This document shows, piece after piece, positions 45,398-55,785 of a DNA stretch of 59,392 bases (the stretch's first letter is position 1; each line of letters opens with the position of its first letter). The translations under genes and the position numbers were made by a program. Under the pieces are notes generated by a model that was given only the letters and a program-made list of their open reading frames with translations, searched no databases and was not told the DNA's origin. The DNA lies in NCBI GenBank assembly GCA_046331705.1, contig JAXLQJ010000006.1, positions 186,001 to 245,392 on the forward strand. The letters run 5' to 3'. Source of the DNA: a bacterium (GTDB lineage: Bacteria > JADJOY01).

Positions 45398-46201
45398 CTA
45401 TGCGGGTTGGGCTCCGGTGGATTGGAACGTGTGTCGCCGCCAGCGGCTCACGCCGAACACGATCGCCGCCACGGCGAGCCAGGCGGGCAGCACCGTGCCG
45501 AACAAGTCACCACCCGGCGCGGCCGTGCGTATGGACTGCCCCAGGACGATCGCGCCGATGAGGGCGAGGAGGGCGCCGCGCCGCTGCGACGCCGTCGCGC
45601 GGGACAGGACCGCGCGCAGCGGCAGCGCTTCGTGTCGATAGAGCTGCCACGCGACCCACAGCAGGCCGAGCGCCACGAGCGTCGGAACGGTGGTGGCGCC
45701 GAGCCCGTCGTCGGCGGGCGGATGGGACGCGACGTAGCGGAGCACGAGGAGTGCGATGACGGCCGCGACCAAGCCGGTCGCCCGCTTGGGCGAGAGCTTG
45801 CGCGCCGATGCGCTCAACGGCAGGGCGAGCCCGCGCAGCACCCGCCACGCGATCACCAGGAGCGCGAGCGCCACGAGCGTCGGTCCGATGCTCGCGAACA
45901 TCGCACCGTCCGCTGGCGGATGAGCGACGCCGTACCAGTGCGCGAGCCCGGCGCCGCCCGCCAGGCACGCCGCGGCAACGCGTCGCGCCGTGCTGTACAC
46001 GGACGCACCGATGAACGGCAGCGGAAGCCCTCGGAAGACTCTCCATGCTGCCAGGCCCAGGACGATCGCGAACAGCGTCGGCCCGATGGTCGCGAACATG
46101 GCGTTGCTGGCGGGTGGGTGGGTCTCCGCGTATCGCCACACGCACAACGCCACCACGGCCATCCCCACGGCCAGGAGCGGCTGCGACTGCCGTTCGGTCA
46201 T
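45398..46201 (-). CDS. Hypothetical membrane protein built from repeated two-helix units
   Basis: Three repeats of Y...HPPA....PTL...W...LP and a fourth degenerate one. Confidence 0.65.
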   Translation of the reverse strand: MTERQSQPLLAVGMAVVALCVWRYAETHPPASNAMFATIGPTLFAIVLGLAAWRVFRGLPLPFIGASVYSTARRVAAACLAGGAGLAHWYGVAHPPADGAMFASIGPTLVALALLVIAWRVLRGLALPLSASARKLSPKRATGLVAAVIALLVLRYVASHPPADDGLGATTVPTLVALGLLWVAWQLYRHEALPLRAVLSRATASQRRGALLALIGAIVLGQSIRTAAPGGDLFGTVLPAWLAVAAIVFGVSRWRRHTFQSTGAQPA

Positions 46202-46524
46202 GATTCGATCCACATCGCGTCGGCCGGTTGCTCGCCCCGGCACGCTATCAACAGCCGCTCACGACCGCAACCGCGCTCTGGGTCCGCTCTTGGTCCGCTC
46301 GTGGTCTGGAGGGTGCTGACGGAGCGTGAGTCTTCGCACCGGTGACACGGCGGATGCACGTCCCGTCGGTGAGCCTTTCCAGGACGGACCTTCCCGGAGC
46401 GCCGGGTTCGATGTGCCGCATGGCTCGCCTTCCCGCGACGGCGAGCGGCAGGCGTCTCCTGGCCCGACCGCGTGGCGGGCTATGCTCGCGCTTCGTCGTC
46501 GCCAATCGAGCCGCAGATCCCACC

Positions 46525-48156
46525 ATGACGCACGGCGAGCCGAGACGACCATGGGTGCGGCGGGCGTGCTGGATCGGCGTCGCCACCGTCGCGTTCCTGT
46601 ATCTGCTGCTCACGGTTTCCTCGGTGGTGCTGCCGCGGCTCGAGTCGCCGTGCGGCCGGCTCACGCACGTTCCTCCCGGGCTCGACTCGCTGGCGACGAA
46701 TCACGTTCGTCTCGACACCCGCACCGCGCGCGCGTGGCGCCAGCTCGATCTCGCGTACCGCGTGGAGCCCAACGAGGCGCTCGGGTTCGTGCTCGATCGC
46801 GTGGGGAACGACTACGTGCTGCTGCGAATCAGCCGTCTCGCGGCGCTCGAGTCCGGGTGGTTCGTCTATCGCGATCACGCGATCGTGGAGCGCCATCCGG
46901 TGTCGGATTTCCCCGTGCCGAGCGGACGGCTCGAGCTCGAGCGCGTGGGCGAGCGCATCGCGGTGGCGTTCGACGCGGGGCCGCGCCTCGGCATCGACTC
47001 GCCGCGCGTCGACGGTGCGTTCGAAGCGGTGATGTTCCCGCCCTCGAGCCCCGACCTCCATCGCCGCGTGACCCTCGGAGACGTGATGCTCGACGGCGGC
47101 GTCGCGCTGCGCGCGTTCGCCGGTTTCGAGCGAATCACCTCACCGGCGACGCTCGCGGTGGTCGCGCTGGTGCTGGTGGCGGCGGGTCGGCGAATGCTGC
47201 GCGCCGCGGCGCGCCGCTCGTTGCGCTACCAGGCCGAGCACGAGCCGCTCGCCATCGCGTTGGTGCTGGGAAGCCTCACGCTGCTCTTCGTGGGGCTCAG
47301 CCAGGTGCCGCGCGTCGAGCTGCTCATGAGCTTCACGGACGAGGAGCGGCGCGTGTTTCGCGCGTTCACGACGGTGATCGTGCTGCTGAGCTGGGCGTTC
47401 CTGGCGCTGCGCGATCGGGTGCTGCGCCGGTTCGCGCGGTTGCGCGGGCGCGGTCCGCTGCGCCCCTTCGCGGCGCCGCTGCTGCACGTGCTCTTCATCG
47501 TGGTGTGCGTGGTGCTGCTCGCGGTGCTGTTCGACCGGATCCAGATCCGGGTCGAGCCCCGCGACGAGCTCGCGCGTCCCTCCGCCGAGCGCGCACCGCG
47601 GATCGCGTGCCTGGGCGGATCGAGCACCCGCGGCTACCCGTTTCCCGAGCGCTGGGGCGCGGCGTACCCGATGGTGCTCGAGAAGCAGCTGCGGGCACGG
47701 GGGCGAGACGCGATCGTGTGGAACCTGGGGGTGGAGTCGGCGACCCTCGATTACCTGATGGAGCGCTTCGATCGCTGGCTGACGCCGCTCGCCCCGACGC
47801 ACCTGGTGCTCAACAACGTCGCCAACAACGCGTTCGGCGACCCGGGCCCGTTTCGGGACGGTCTCGATCGCTTGGTGCGCATGGCGCGCGCACGCGGCTT
47901 GGACGTGATCCTGGTCAAGGAACCGATGCTGGAGGTCGTCTACCACGCCGGGCGGTGGGCGAGTGTCGGGCCCTTCTACCCGATCCTCGACGAGGTGGCC
48001 GCCCAGGACGGCGCGGTCGTGCTCGATCCGGTCCCGCGCATGGTCGAGCTCCGCGACGAGCTGCTGTTCATGGACGACGTCCACCTGACGCCTCAGGGCC
48101 ATCGTCGCATGGCGGAAGCGCTGCTCTCCGTGTTGGCGCCGGCCGGCCCTTCTTGA
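46525..48156 (+). CDS. Membrane-anchored SGNH/GDSL hydrolase
   Basis: TM segments; IACLGGSSTRG, WNLGV, ANNAFG, DDVHLTPQGH. Confidence 0.82.
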   Translation: MTHGEPRRPWVRRACWIGVATVAFLYLLLTVSSVVLPRLESPCGRLTHVPPGLDSLATNHVRLDTRTARAWRQLDLAYRVEPNEALGFVLDRVGNDYVLLRISRLAALESGWFVYRDHAIVERHPVSDFPVPSGRLELERVGERIAVAFDAGPRLGIDSPRVDGAFEAVMFPPSSPDLHRRVTLGDVMLDGGVALRAFAGFERITSPATLAVVALVLVAAGRRMLRAAARRSLRYQAEHEPLAIALVLGSLTLLFVGLSQVPRVELLMSFTDEERRVFRAFTTVIVLLSWAFLALRDRVLRRFARLRGRGPLRPFAAPLLHVLFIVVCVVLLAVLFDRIQIRVEPRDELARPSAERAPRIACLGGSSTRGYPFPERWGAAYPMVLEKQLRARGRDAIVWNLGVESATLDYLMERFDRWLTPLAPTHLVLNNVANNAFGDPGPFRDGLDRLVRMARARGLDVILVKEPMLEVVYHAGRWASVGPFYPILDEVAAQDGAVVLDPVPRMVELRDELLFMDDVHLTPQGHRRMAEALLSVLAPAGPS

Positions 48157-48268
48157 CGCTCGTCGCGCCGGCGTAAGACGATTCGGATCACCCCCGGATG
48201 CGTTTGCCGCGCGGACCCCGTGCTCGCTTGGTCCGCTCAGTTCCGCTTGGCGGCATGGAGGGAAGTCG

Positions 48269-48877
48269 ATGGAAAGCGATCGAGCCAACGCGCCTCAACC
48301 GGGAGTCTCGGCCGAGTCGGTGGTGTCCAGGGCGCTCACGTGGCTGGTCTCGTGGTCGGCGAGCAAGCTGCAACGCGTCGGACTCTGCATCGCCGCGATC
48401 GCCTCGGCGTGGTTCATCACGTTCCCGGCGGGCCAGCCGCAGCGCATCCCGGAGATGATCGTGGCGTGCACGTTGGCGGCGACGTTGATCTGGATCGGCC
48501 GTCCGCCCTACGGTGTCGCCACCCAATTCCTCGCCACGGTGCTGGTCGGGTTCGCCGCGTACATCCTCTCGCAGGTAGCGCTTCGATCCGCCTGGCGTGC
48601 CGACCCGTTCGGCCCGCTCTTCGGGGTACTGCTGCTGCCGGTGGGTGCATGGCTCTTCCTGGCGCGGCCTTCGCTCACGGTGGCGCGGCTCTTGGCATTG
48701 CCGGCGATCATCGCGGCCGTGTTCCTGATCTGGTACGAGATGACCTACACTAGCCACCGCGGGCTCATGTTCGAATCGAACGCGATGTCGTTGCTGGGGC
48801 TCGCGTTCCTCGCGCTCGGCGTGTGGCTGTGGCGACTGCGCAGCGGTCCGCTGGCGCGGCGCACTAGCCCGTATTGA
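48269..48877 (+). CDS. Hypothetical membrane protein
   Basis: About six TM helices; purine-rich RBS before the ATG. Confidence 0.6.
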   Translation: MESDRANAPQPGVSAESVVSRALTWLVSWSASKLQRVGLCIAAIASAWFITFPAGQPQRIPEMIVACTLAATLIWIGRPPYGVATQFLATVLVGFAAYILSQVALRSAWRADPFGPLFGVLLLPVGAWLFLARPSLTVARLLALPAIIAAVFLIWYEMTYTSHRGLMFESNAMSLLGLAFLALGVWLWRLRSGPLARRTSPY

Positions 48878-48970
48878 GCGGATCGCCAGGCTCGTTCACT
48901 CGCGCTCGCGACGGACGCGCGCCGCCGTCCGAGCGGCGGCGACCGGCCGGCGGCGGCTCCCCGGAGATCC

Positions 48971-50650
48971 ATGGGCGCGCCCGAGCGTTCTCGACCCGAG
49001 CCGGACGGCGACGTCGCGGCCGTGGCCGCGCCGCGCCTCACGCGGCTGGCGCGGGCCATCAGCAGGAGGGTGCCGAGCCGAGCGTCCGTAGCGCGGACGC
49101 TCAAGTTCCTCGGGATCGCCATGGTGGTGCTGGCGTTCGACTTCGGCGCCGAAGCGCTCTGGCCGTATCCGCTGCACCACGACATCGGACCCGACACCGT
49201 GCGCGTCGCGCCGTCCTTCCGGCGCTTCGATGGCGATACGCACGGGCTCGCGAAGATCCGCTTCCATCTACGCCCCAACCAGCGCACCCGCGCGGTGAAC
49301 GTCTTCTTCGGCCTCGACAGCGAGCTGGTGGGCGCCACCTTCGATCACCTGTTCGTGAGCGCCATCCCCGGAGTGCCGAGCGCGGTCCAGCGTTTCCAGC
49401 AGGGCCGGCTGGTCGAGCGCATCGACCTCCCCGAAGTGCCGCTCGATCCGCGGCTGCTGCGGGTCGGCGTGCGGCTCGAGCACGATCAGCTGGTGCTGGT
49501 GCGCGACGGAGTCCCGTCGCCGCCGGTGCCGCTGGCGGTGAACGGGCGCACGCTCTCGCTGTCGCTCTATCCCTCCTACCCCGCTGCGCGCTACCGGGCC
49601 GACTACGACCGGCTCGAGAAGCTGCGCATCGAGATCCAGCGCGACGGCGAGCGCTCGGTGTATCGCGGCTTCGGGACGTGGACGGGCTGGTGGGGCCGGT
49701 GCGTGCTGTTGCTGGCGCTGGTGTCGTTCTTGTGGTGGCGCTCGGTCGAGTCGCGGCGTTGGCGCATCGGGCTGATCGCCATCCCCTGCGTGGTCTTCGG
49801 CGTGCCGTTGACCTTGGTGCTCGGCTCCGCGGTGCGCGGTCCGTGGTCGGGCGGGGACGAGCAGTACTTCGACGCCAAGGAGTTCAACGTCGATCGGTTT
49901 CTCGCCAAGCGCGAGCAGGGCGTGACCTGGTCGCCTGGCGACGTGACGGTGCTGAGCTTCGGCGGCTCGACCACCGAGGGCTCGCCCTACGATCGGCCCA
50001 CGGATGCGTACGACTATCCCCACCGCCTGGAGGCGGCGCTGCGGGACTCGCCGGAGCTCGGAGACCACCACCCGGTGGTGATGAACCTGGGGCGCGTCGG
50101 CGTGTCGTTCCACTCGATCGTGCGCGTGATGGACAAGCTGCTACCCCGGGTGCGGCCGCGCGTGGTGACGCTTTCCTCCGTCTACAACAACGCGTTCGGC
50201 TTCAACGTGATCGGTCTCTTGGCGCACGTCACCGGTCATCCGGGCGCGGACGTCTCCACGTTCTCGGGGAACCTCGAATCGTTCGAGCACGCGCTCGTCT
50301 GCATCGACTCGCTCACTCGCGGCAACGGGGGCATCCCGTTGTGGATCGAGGAATTCGTCGACGTCCACTACTTCGGCGATCGCGACATCCTCGCGCCGTA
50401 CCACGAGCTGCTGGCGCGAGTGGCGGCGGAGCGCGGCGTCGACGTGGTGCGCATGCAGGACGACGTCACGAGCAATCCCAACCGTCTGACGTTCTTCGAG
50501 TACGTCCACCCTTCGAGCCTCGGCTACCAGTGGATGGCGGATCGGCTCGCCGCGTGGTTCCTCGCCCATCGTGATGCGGTGCTGGCGCCGACGCCCGTCG
50601 CGCCGCCGGTGCGCGCGGCGGAGATCGAAGCGTGCCGTGAGTTCTTGTGA
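48971..50650 (+). CDS. Membrane-anchored SGNH/GDSL hydrolase
   Basis: VLSFGGSTTEG, MNLGRVG, YNNAFG, EYVHPSSLGY. GGAG precedes the ATG. Confidence 0.8.
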   Translation: MGAPERSRPEPDGDVAAVAAPRLTRLARAISRRVPSRASVARTLKFLGIAMVVLAFDFGAEALWPYPLHHDIGPDTVRVAPSFRRFDGDTHGLAKIRFHLRPNQRTRAVNVFFGLDSELVGATFDHLFVSAIPGVPSAVQRFQQGRLVERIDLPEVPLDPRLLRVGVRLEHDQLVLVRDGVPSPPVPLAVNGRTLSLSLYPSYPAARYRADYDRLEKLRIEIQRDGERSVYRGFGTWTGWWGRCVLLLALVSFLWWRSVESRRWRIGLIAIPCVVFGVPLTLVLGSAVRGPWSGGDEQYFDAKEFNVDRFLAKREQGVTWSPGDVTVLSFGGSTTEGSPYDRPTDAYDYPHRLEAALRDSPELGDHHPVVMNLGRVGVSFHSIVRVMDKLLPRVRPRVVTLSSVYNNAFGFNVIGLLAHVTGHPGADVSTFSGNLESFEHALVCIDSLTRGNGGIPLWIEEFVDVHYFGDRDILAPYHELLARVAAERGVDVVRMQDDVTSNPNRLTFFEYVHPSSLGYQWMADRLAAWFLAHRDAVLAPTPVAPPVRAAEIEACREFL

Positions 50651-50671
50651 GCGCGGCGCGCGCCCGGCGCG

Positions 50672-52702
50672 TCAGGGCTGGACGGGAAGCGAGAGCAATC
50701 CGCCTTCACCCGCCGCCACCAGCAAGCGATCGCGGTAGCGCGCGGTGCCCATCGCCCAGCCGGAAACGGGGTAGGTGTGCACGATCGCCGGCGGCGAGCC
50801 GCCGGGCGCCAGCTGCACCACGCCCGCCGGTCCGGCGCTCACCCACACGGCGTCCTGGCTCGGCACGATCTGGAACACGGTGCCGCCGACGTGCTGCACC
50901 CACAGGAGCGGCGGATCGGTCGGCGAGGCCTCGATGTCGTAGGCGCGCAGGTCACCCTGGGGCGTGCCCGCGTAGAGCACGCCGCGGTGAACCGCGATCG
51001 CCGTCGCCACCGGGCCGATCTTGAGCGGTCCGAGGGTTGCCCACTTGAGGACGCCCACGCGCCGCGGCGGGTCCTCGTCGGCCCGGAACACGGCGACACC
51101 CTCGCCCACGGTGCCGACGTAGGCGTACGGCCCGAAACCTTCGACCTCGAGCGTGTAGCCGCCGGAGAAGGTCTCGCCGCGGACCTCGAAGCCCTGCGCC
51201 GTGTGCTCCAGCACGCCGAAACCGACCTGTGAGTTGGCGAGGTAGACGTACTTCCCGACCACGTCGACGTCCCAGGCGTGGCCGCCGCGATCGGCGGCCT
51301 CGATGAACTCCGGCATGCCTCCTTCGACCGGCCGCGTGATGAGCAGCCAGCCGAGGACGTCGGCGATCCAGAGCTGATCGCCGACCACCAGGAGGCCGCG
51401 CGCCAGGCCCTCGGTCTTGCGCACGCCGATCAGCGACGGCTTCGCGGGGTCCGACAGCGAGAACACGTGCAGTCCGCCCGCGCCCGCGGTGGCGTAGGCC
51501 TGGTCGCCGATGACGCGCACGCGATGGAAATAGGGCTTGGGGACCATCGAGTAGGCGACCGGCGGGACGCCGGGCTCACGGCCGTCGAGCACGAACACGC
51601 CGCGCGGGCCGAACGCGAACGGCACCAGCCCCGGATCGTCGAAGCGCACTCCCGCCGGCGGCGGCCGCGGCGCCGCGGCGACGTCGAGCGCCGCGATCCA
51701 GCGCGGCTCGAGCGGATTCGAGACGTCGGCGACGCGCACCGGTGTCCCTTCGGAGGCGGCGTAGGCGCGATCGCCGGCGACCGCCACCCAATCGCAGAAA
51801 TCGATGCCCTCCCATTGCTTCACGAGCTTCGGCTCGCGCGGGTTGCTCACGTCGGCGGTCAGCAGCCCGCGCGCGCCGTGCGAGAGGAACGCATAGTGGC
51901 CCTTGATCGCCACGTGTCGCGGCATCGGGTCGGTGGGCTTCGGCTTCGCCTGGTAGGGCACGTCCAGCACGCCCATCAATGCGGGATTGGCGGGGTCGGC
52001 GAGGTCGAAGATCATGAGCTTCTCGCTGCCCACGGCGTAGGCGCGATCGCCCTCGACCACGATCTGCGCGTAGCTCTCGCCCTTGGCGATCTGGCGCACG
52101 AACTCGGGCGGGCCGGGCTCGCGCATCCGGTACACGGCGAGGCCGCCGTGCTCCTTGAACGCGAGGTAGAGGTAGCCCTTGCCCATGGCGATCGAGAGCG
52201 CGTAGCCGAGCCCGCGATGACGGTCGATCTCGCGCATGTGGCCCGGCTCGGAGACGTCGATGGTCACCAACCCCTCGTAACCCGCCGCGGCGTAGACGCG
52301 GTTGCCGTGGGAGAGCCCGGCGTGGGTCGAGTTGCCGACGTTGATCGTGGACGCGATCGAGAGCCGACCTTCGGCGTCGGCGCGCAGCTCCACGATCGAG
52401 AACCCCATGCCCGCCGCGTAGCCGCCGGGGATGGGAGTGGCGAAGCGGCAGATCTGTCCCCACAGCACCGCGATACGGTCCTGCTGGGTCAGCCAATTCC
52501 ACGCCTTCTGCAGGTTGCGCTGCATCCACACGAAGCCATGGGTCTCGCTGGGCTTCGCGTTGTCCGCCGCACGGCCGGCGCCGGGCACCACCAACGCGAG
52601 CGCGAGCGCGCTCGCAACGACGAGCGCCTGCAGCGCACGGCGGCGCGCGCGGGGCGCCGTCTGCGCGGATCGTGGCGCCGAGTCGCGGTTGGGATCGAGC
52701 AT
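50672..52702 (-). CDS. Secreted LVIVD-repeat beta-propeller protein
   Basis: Signal peptide; repeats such as YAAAGYEGLVTIDVSEP, LMIFDLADPANP, GLLTADVSNPREP, GLHVFSLSDPAKP. Confidence 0.85.
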   Translation of the reverse strand: MLDPNRDSAPRSAQTAPRARRRALQALVVASALALALVVPGAGRAADNAKPSETHGFVWMQRNLQKAWNWLTQQDRIAVLWGQICRFATPIPGGYAAGMGFSIVELRADAEGRLSIASTINVGNSTHAGLSHGNRVYAAAGYEGLVTIDVSEPGHMREIDRHRGLGYALSIAMGKGYLYLAFKEHGGLAVYRMREPGPPEFVRQIAKGESYAQIVVEGDRAYAVGSEKLMIFDLADPANPALMGVLDVPYQAKPKPTDPMPRHVAIKGHYAFLSHGARGLLTADVSNPREPKLVKQWEGIDFCDWVAVAGDRAYAASEGTPVRVADVSNPLEPRWIAALDVAAAPRPPPAGVRFDDPGLVPFAFGPRGVFVLDGREPGVPPVAYSMVPKPYFHRVRVIGDQAYATAGAGGLHVFSLSDPAKPSLIGVRKTEGLARGLLVVGDQLWIADVLGWLLITRPVEGGMPEFIEAADRGGHAWDVDVVGKYVYLANSQVGFGVLEHTAQGFEVRGETFSGGYTLEVEGFGPYAYVGTVGEGVAVFRADEDPPRRVGVLKWATLGPLKIGPVATAIAVHRGVLYAGTPQGDLRAYDIEASPTDPPLLWVQHVGGTVFQIVPSQDAVWVSAGPAGVVQLAPGGSPPAIVHTYPVSGWAMGTARYRDRLLVAAGEGGLLSLPVQP

Positions 52703-52877
52703 CGGGGCGATCGGGCGACGGGGACTCGATCCCGACCGCCCGCCAGCGGTCTCGCGCGTGCGCGGGCAGGCGCATCGCGAGCCGTGCCGCGGGCGGCCCG
52801 AGGACGAGCGCGACTATAGTGCTCCGGTTCGTGCCGCTCCAAACGTGCTTTGACGTGCCGGAACGAGAGCGGGCACA

Positions 52878-54359
52878 ATGCCGTCCCGCCTCCCACCGCG
52901 CTTCTCGATCGAACTCGGCCAGCCGGCGCCACGGAACCCGCGCTTGCCCCCGACGATCGTCCTCGTCAACCCACCGGGTCGTCGGCTCTACCAGCGCGAC
53001 TGGTACGACGGCTGCGTCGCCAAGGGGCATTACCTCTGGCCGCCGCTCAACCTGCTGGTGCAGAGCGGCTTCCTGGCGCGGGTCGCGCGCGTCCACGTCG
53101 TCGACGGCATGGCGGAGCGGCTCACCCACGAGCAGGCGCTCGAACGGGTCGCGTCGCACGCGCCCGACGTGGTGGTGCTGCTGACCGGATCGGCGAGCTG
53201 GGAGGAAGACCTGAGCTTCGCCCGCGAGGCGCGGCGTCGCACCGGCGCGCGGCTGGTCGGCCACGGCGACGCGTTCACGTTCGAGCCGCGTCAGGCGCTC
53301 GAGCGCTGGCCGTTCGTGGATGCCGCGTTCTACGACTTCACGTCGCCCGGCCTCGCCGAGTGGGTCGCGAGCGGGCGCGGGTCGGAGCTTCGCTTCCCGG
53401 ACGTCATGCACCGCGGCGCGCCTGCCACGACGAGCAACGCATCCGACGCGATCGTGGAAGGACCGTGGCGGCGCGCCAAGGATGAGCTCGATTACCCGCT
53501 GCCGCGCCACGAGCTCTTCCCGCTCGCGCGCTATCGCATGCCGTTCGGGCCCGTCGAGCCGCTCAGCGCGATGCTCACGAACTACGGCTGCCCGCACACC
53601 TGCGAGTTCTGCAACAAGCCAAGCCTCGGCTTCCGGCTGCGCCCGCTGGATGCCGTCTCGGAAGAGCTCGCGGCGCTGGCGTCGCTCGGCATCGAGCGGC
53701 TCTTCGTCGCGGACATGACCTTCAACGTGTCGCGCGCCCGCGTGCACGAGGTGTGCGAGCGCTTCGCCCGCGCCCCGGCGCGCTTTCGCTTCAGCGCCTA
53801 CGCGCGGCCGGATGGCTTCGACGTCGAGCAGGCGCGCGTGATGAAGCGCGCCGGCGCCATCGCCATCCACTTCGGCGTGGAGAGCGGCGACGAGCGGGTG
53901 CTGGCGGACAACGGAAAGCCCATGAGCGTGGCGCGCGTCGAGGACGCGTTTCGCGCCTGTCGTCGCGAGGGCATCCTCGCGGGCGCGCATTTCCTGCTCG
54001 GCCTGCCGGGCGAGACTCGCGAGGGCCTCGAACGGACGGTGTCGCTGGCGCGCAACCTCGAGCCCGACTTCGCCGCCGTGAACCTGGTGATGCCGCGCAT
54101 GGGCACGCGGCTTCGCGCGCGGCTCGGCACCGCCCTCGACGGGACGTTCACCACGCTCGATTCCTCGGGCCGGTCGCAGCCGGTCGCCACCTCGCCCGTG
54201 CGTCCGCGCGAGCTCGAACGGGGTCGGCGACGGCTGATGCGCGCGCTCTATTTCCACCCGCGCTCGGTGGCGCGGCAGGTGGGGCGGCTGCGCACCTGGG
54301 CCGAGGCCGCCAACCTGCTGCGCAACGGCTACACGGTGCTGCGCAGCTACGCCACGTGA
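52878..54359 (+). CDS. B12-binding domain radical SAM protein
   Basis: LVNPP...WPPLNL, TNYGCPHTCEFC, DMTF, FGVESG, FLLGLPGE. Confidence 0.88.
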   Translation: MPSRLPPRFSIELGQPAPRNPRLPPTIVLVNPPGRRLYQRDWYDGCVAKGHYLWPPLNLLVQSGFLARVARVHVVDGMAERLTHEQALERVASHAPDVVVLLTGSASWEEDLSFAREARRRTGARLVGHGDAFTFEPRQALERWPFVDAAFYDFTSPGLAEWVASGRGSELRFPDVMHRGAPATTSNASDAIVEGPWRRAKDELDYPLPRHELFPLARYRMPFGPVEPLSAMLTNYGCPHTCEFCNKPSLGFRLRPLDAVSEELAALASLGIERLFVADMTFNVSRARVHEVCERFARAPARFRFSAYARPDGFDVEQARVMKRAGAIAIHFGVESGDERVLADNGKPMSVARVEDAFRACRREGILAGAHFLLGLPGETREGLERTVSLARNLEPDFAAVNLVMPRMGTRLRARLGTALDGTFTTLDSSGRSQPVATSPVRPRELERGRRRLMRALYFHPRSVARQVGRLRTWAEAANLLRNGYTVLRSYAT

Positions 54360-54381
54360 GCCGAAGCGAGGACCAGCGCAG

Positions 54382-55758
54382 ATGCGCGTGCTGATGGCGA
54401 TCCCACCCTCGCGTCTCGTGTACTCGAGCGTGGGGCCGGACCTCGGGCTGCTCTACGCCGTGCGGGCGCTCAAGAACGCCGGGCACGCGGTGCGCGTCGT
54501 CGATGGCCTGCTCGATCCGTCGCTCGATCTGGTGCGGGAGATCGACGCCTTCGGCGCGGACGCGGTGGGAATCAAGTCGTTCAGCAAGGACATGGTCGCG
54601 AGCGGCGCCCTGCTCGCGCGGGTGAAGGAAGCGCGGCCGCACGTGCTCACGCTGGTCGGCGGGCCGCACACCTCGGGCGAGCCGGTGGGAACGCTCGATC
54701 ATTTCCCGGGGATCGACTACGTGTTCCGCGGCGAGTCGGAAGTCGGCCTACCCAAGCTGCTCACGGTCCTCGACGAGGATCCGGCGCCGCCGCCGGAGGT
54801 GCTCGCGGGGATCGAAGGCCTGGGCTGGCGGAAGGAAGGCCGGGGCGTCGCCAACTGCGCCCACTATCCCGCCGACCTCGACGCGCTCGGATTGCCGGCC
54901 TGGGAGGACATGCCGCCCGATCGCTATCCGCGCGACTACAACAACAAGCCGGTGGTCCCGGTGATCACCACGCGCGGTTGCCCGTACTCGTGTACGTATT
55001 GCGCCGGCCACCTGAACACCGGGAAGAAGCTTCGCCATCACTCGATGGACTACCTCGTCGAGATGCTGCGGAACCTGTGGACCACCTACCGGGTCCCGTA
55101 CTTCAGCATCTGGGACGACAACTTCACGCTCCACCAACGGTTCGCGCGCGAGTTCTGCGAGGCCTACCTGCGAAGCGGGCTGCCGATGACCTGGGGATGT
55201 CCCAACGGCGTCCGCATCGACACGCTCGATCGCGAGCTGCTGGTGCTCATGGAGCGCGCCGGATGCCGCGTGCTGCGCGTCGCCGTCGAAGCCGGCACGC
55301 AGCACATCATGGATCACATGAAGCGCGAGCTCGACATGGAGGAGATCCGCGACAAGCTCCGGCTGGTGAAGGAGTGCACGCGGATGGAGGTCCACGGGTT
55401 CTTCATCATCGGCTACCCGGAAGAGACGCGCTCCGACGTGCTCGCCACGCTTCGCTTCTCGCGCGAGCTGCCGCTCGACCAGGCGGCGTTCTTCCTCTAC
55501 ACGCCCCATCCGGGGACGCTCTACTGGGATCGCGTCGCCCACGACGAGATCACCGGGCTCACGACCTTCGACTACGACCGGCCGTCGATCCCGCTCGCGG
55601 ACGTGGATCTCGAGGGGCTGAAAGCGCTGCAACGCAAGGCCTATCTCGGCTTCTACTTGCGCCCGCGCATCCTCACGCGAAACGCCGCGGTGCTGCTCAA
55701 CCCGACGAACCTGCCCACGCTCGCGCGGCGGGTGTGGTCCGCCGCCGTCGGTAGCTGA
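54382..55758 (+). CDS. B12-binding domain radical SAM protein
   Basis: PDLGLLY, VGGPHTS, GESE, TTRGCPYSCTYC, DDNF, CPNGVRID, FIIGYPEE. Confidence 0.92.
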   Translation: MRVLMAIPPSRLVYSSVGPDLGLLYAVRALKNAGHAVRVVDGLLDPSLDLVREIDAFGADAVGIKSFSKDMVASGALLARVKEARPHVLTLVGGPHTSGEPVGTLDHFPGIDYVFRGESEVGLPKLLTVLDEDPAPPPEVLAGIEGLGWRKEGRGVANCAHYPADLDALGLPAWEDMPPDRYPRDYNNKPVVPVITTRGCPYSCTYCAGHLNTGKKLRHHSMDYLVEMLRNLWTTYRVPYFSIWDDNFTLHQRFAREFCEAYLRSGLPMTWGCPNGVRIDTLDRELLVLMERAGCRVLRVAVEAGTQHIMDHMKRELDMEEIRDKLRLVKECTRMEVHGFFIIGYPEETRSDVLATLRFSRELPLDQAAFFLYTPHPGTLYWDRVAHDEITGLTTFDYDRPSIPLADVDLEGLKALQRKAYLGFYLRPRILTRNAAVLLNPTNLPTLARRVWSAAVGS

Positions 55759-55785
55759 GTCGCGAGCGACCCGACGCGCCGAGCG

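Noticed and set aside
52810-52880. Divergent promoters (ACTATAGT; TTGACG-N18-CACAAT)
   Set aside because: They are plausible but weak, and the second overlaps the annotated start. There is not enough support to call them.
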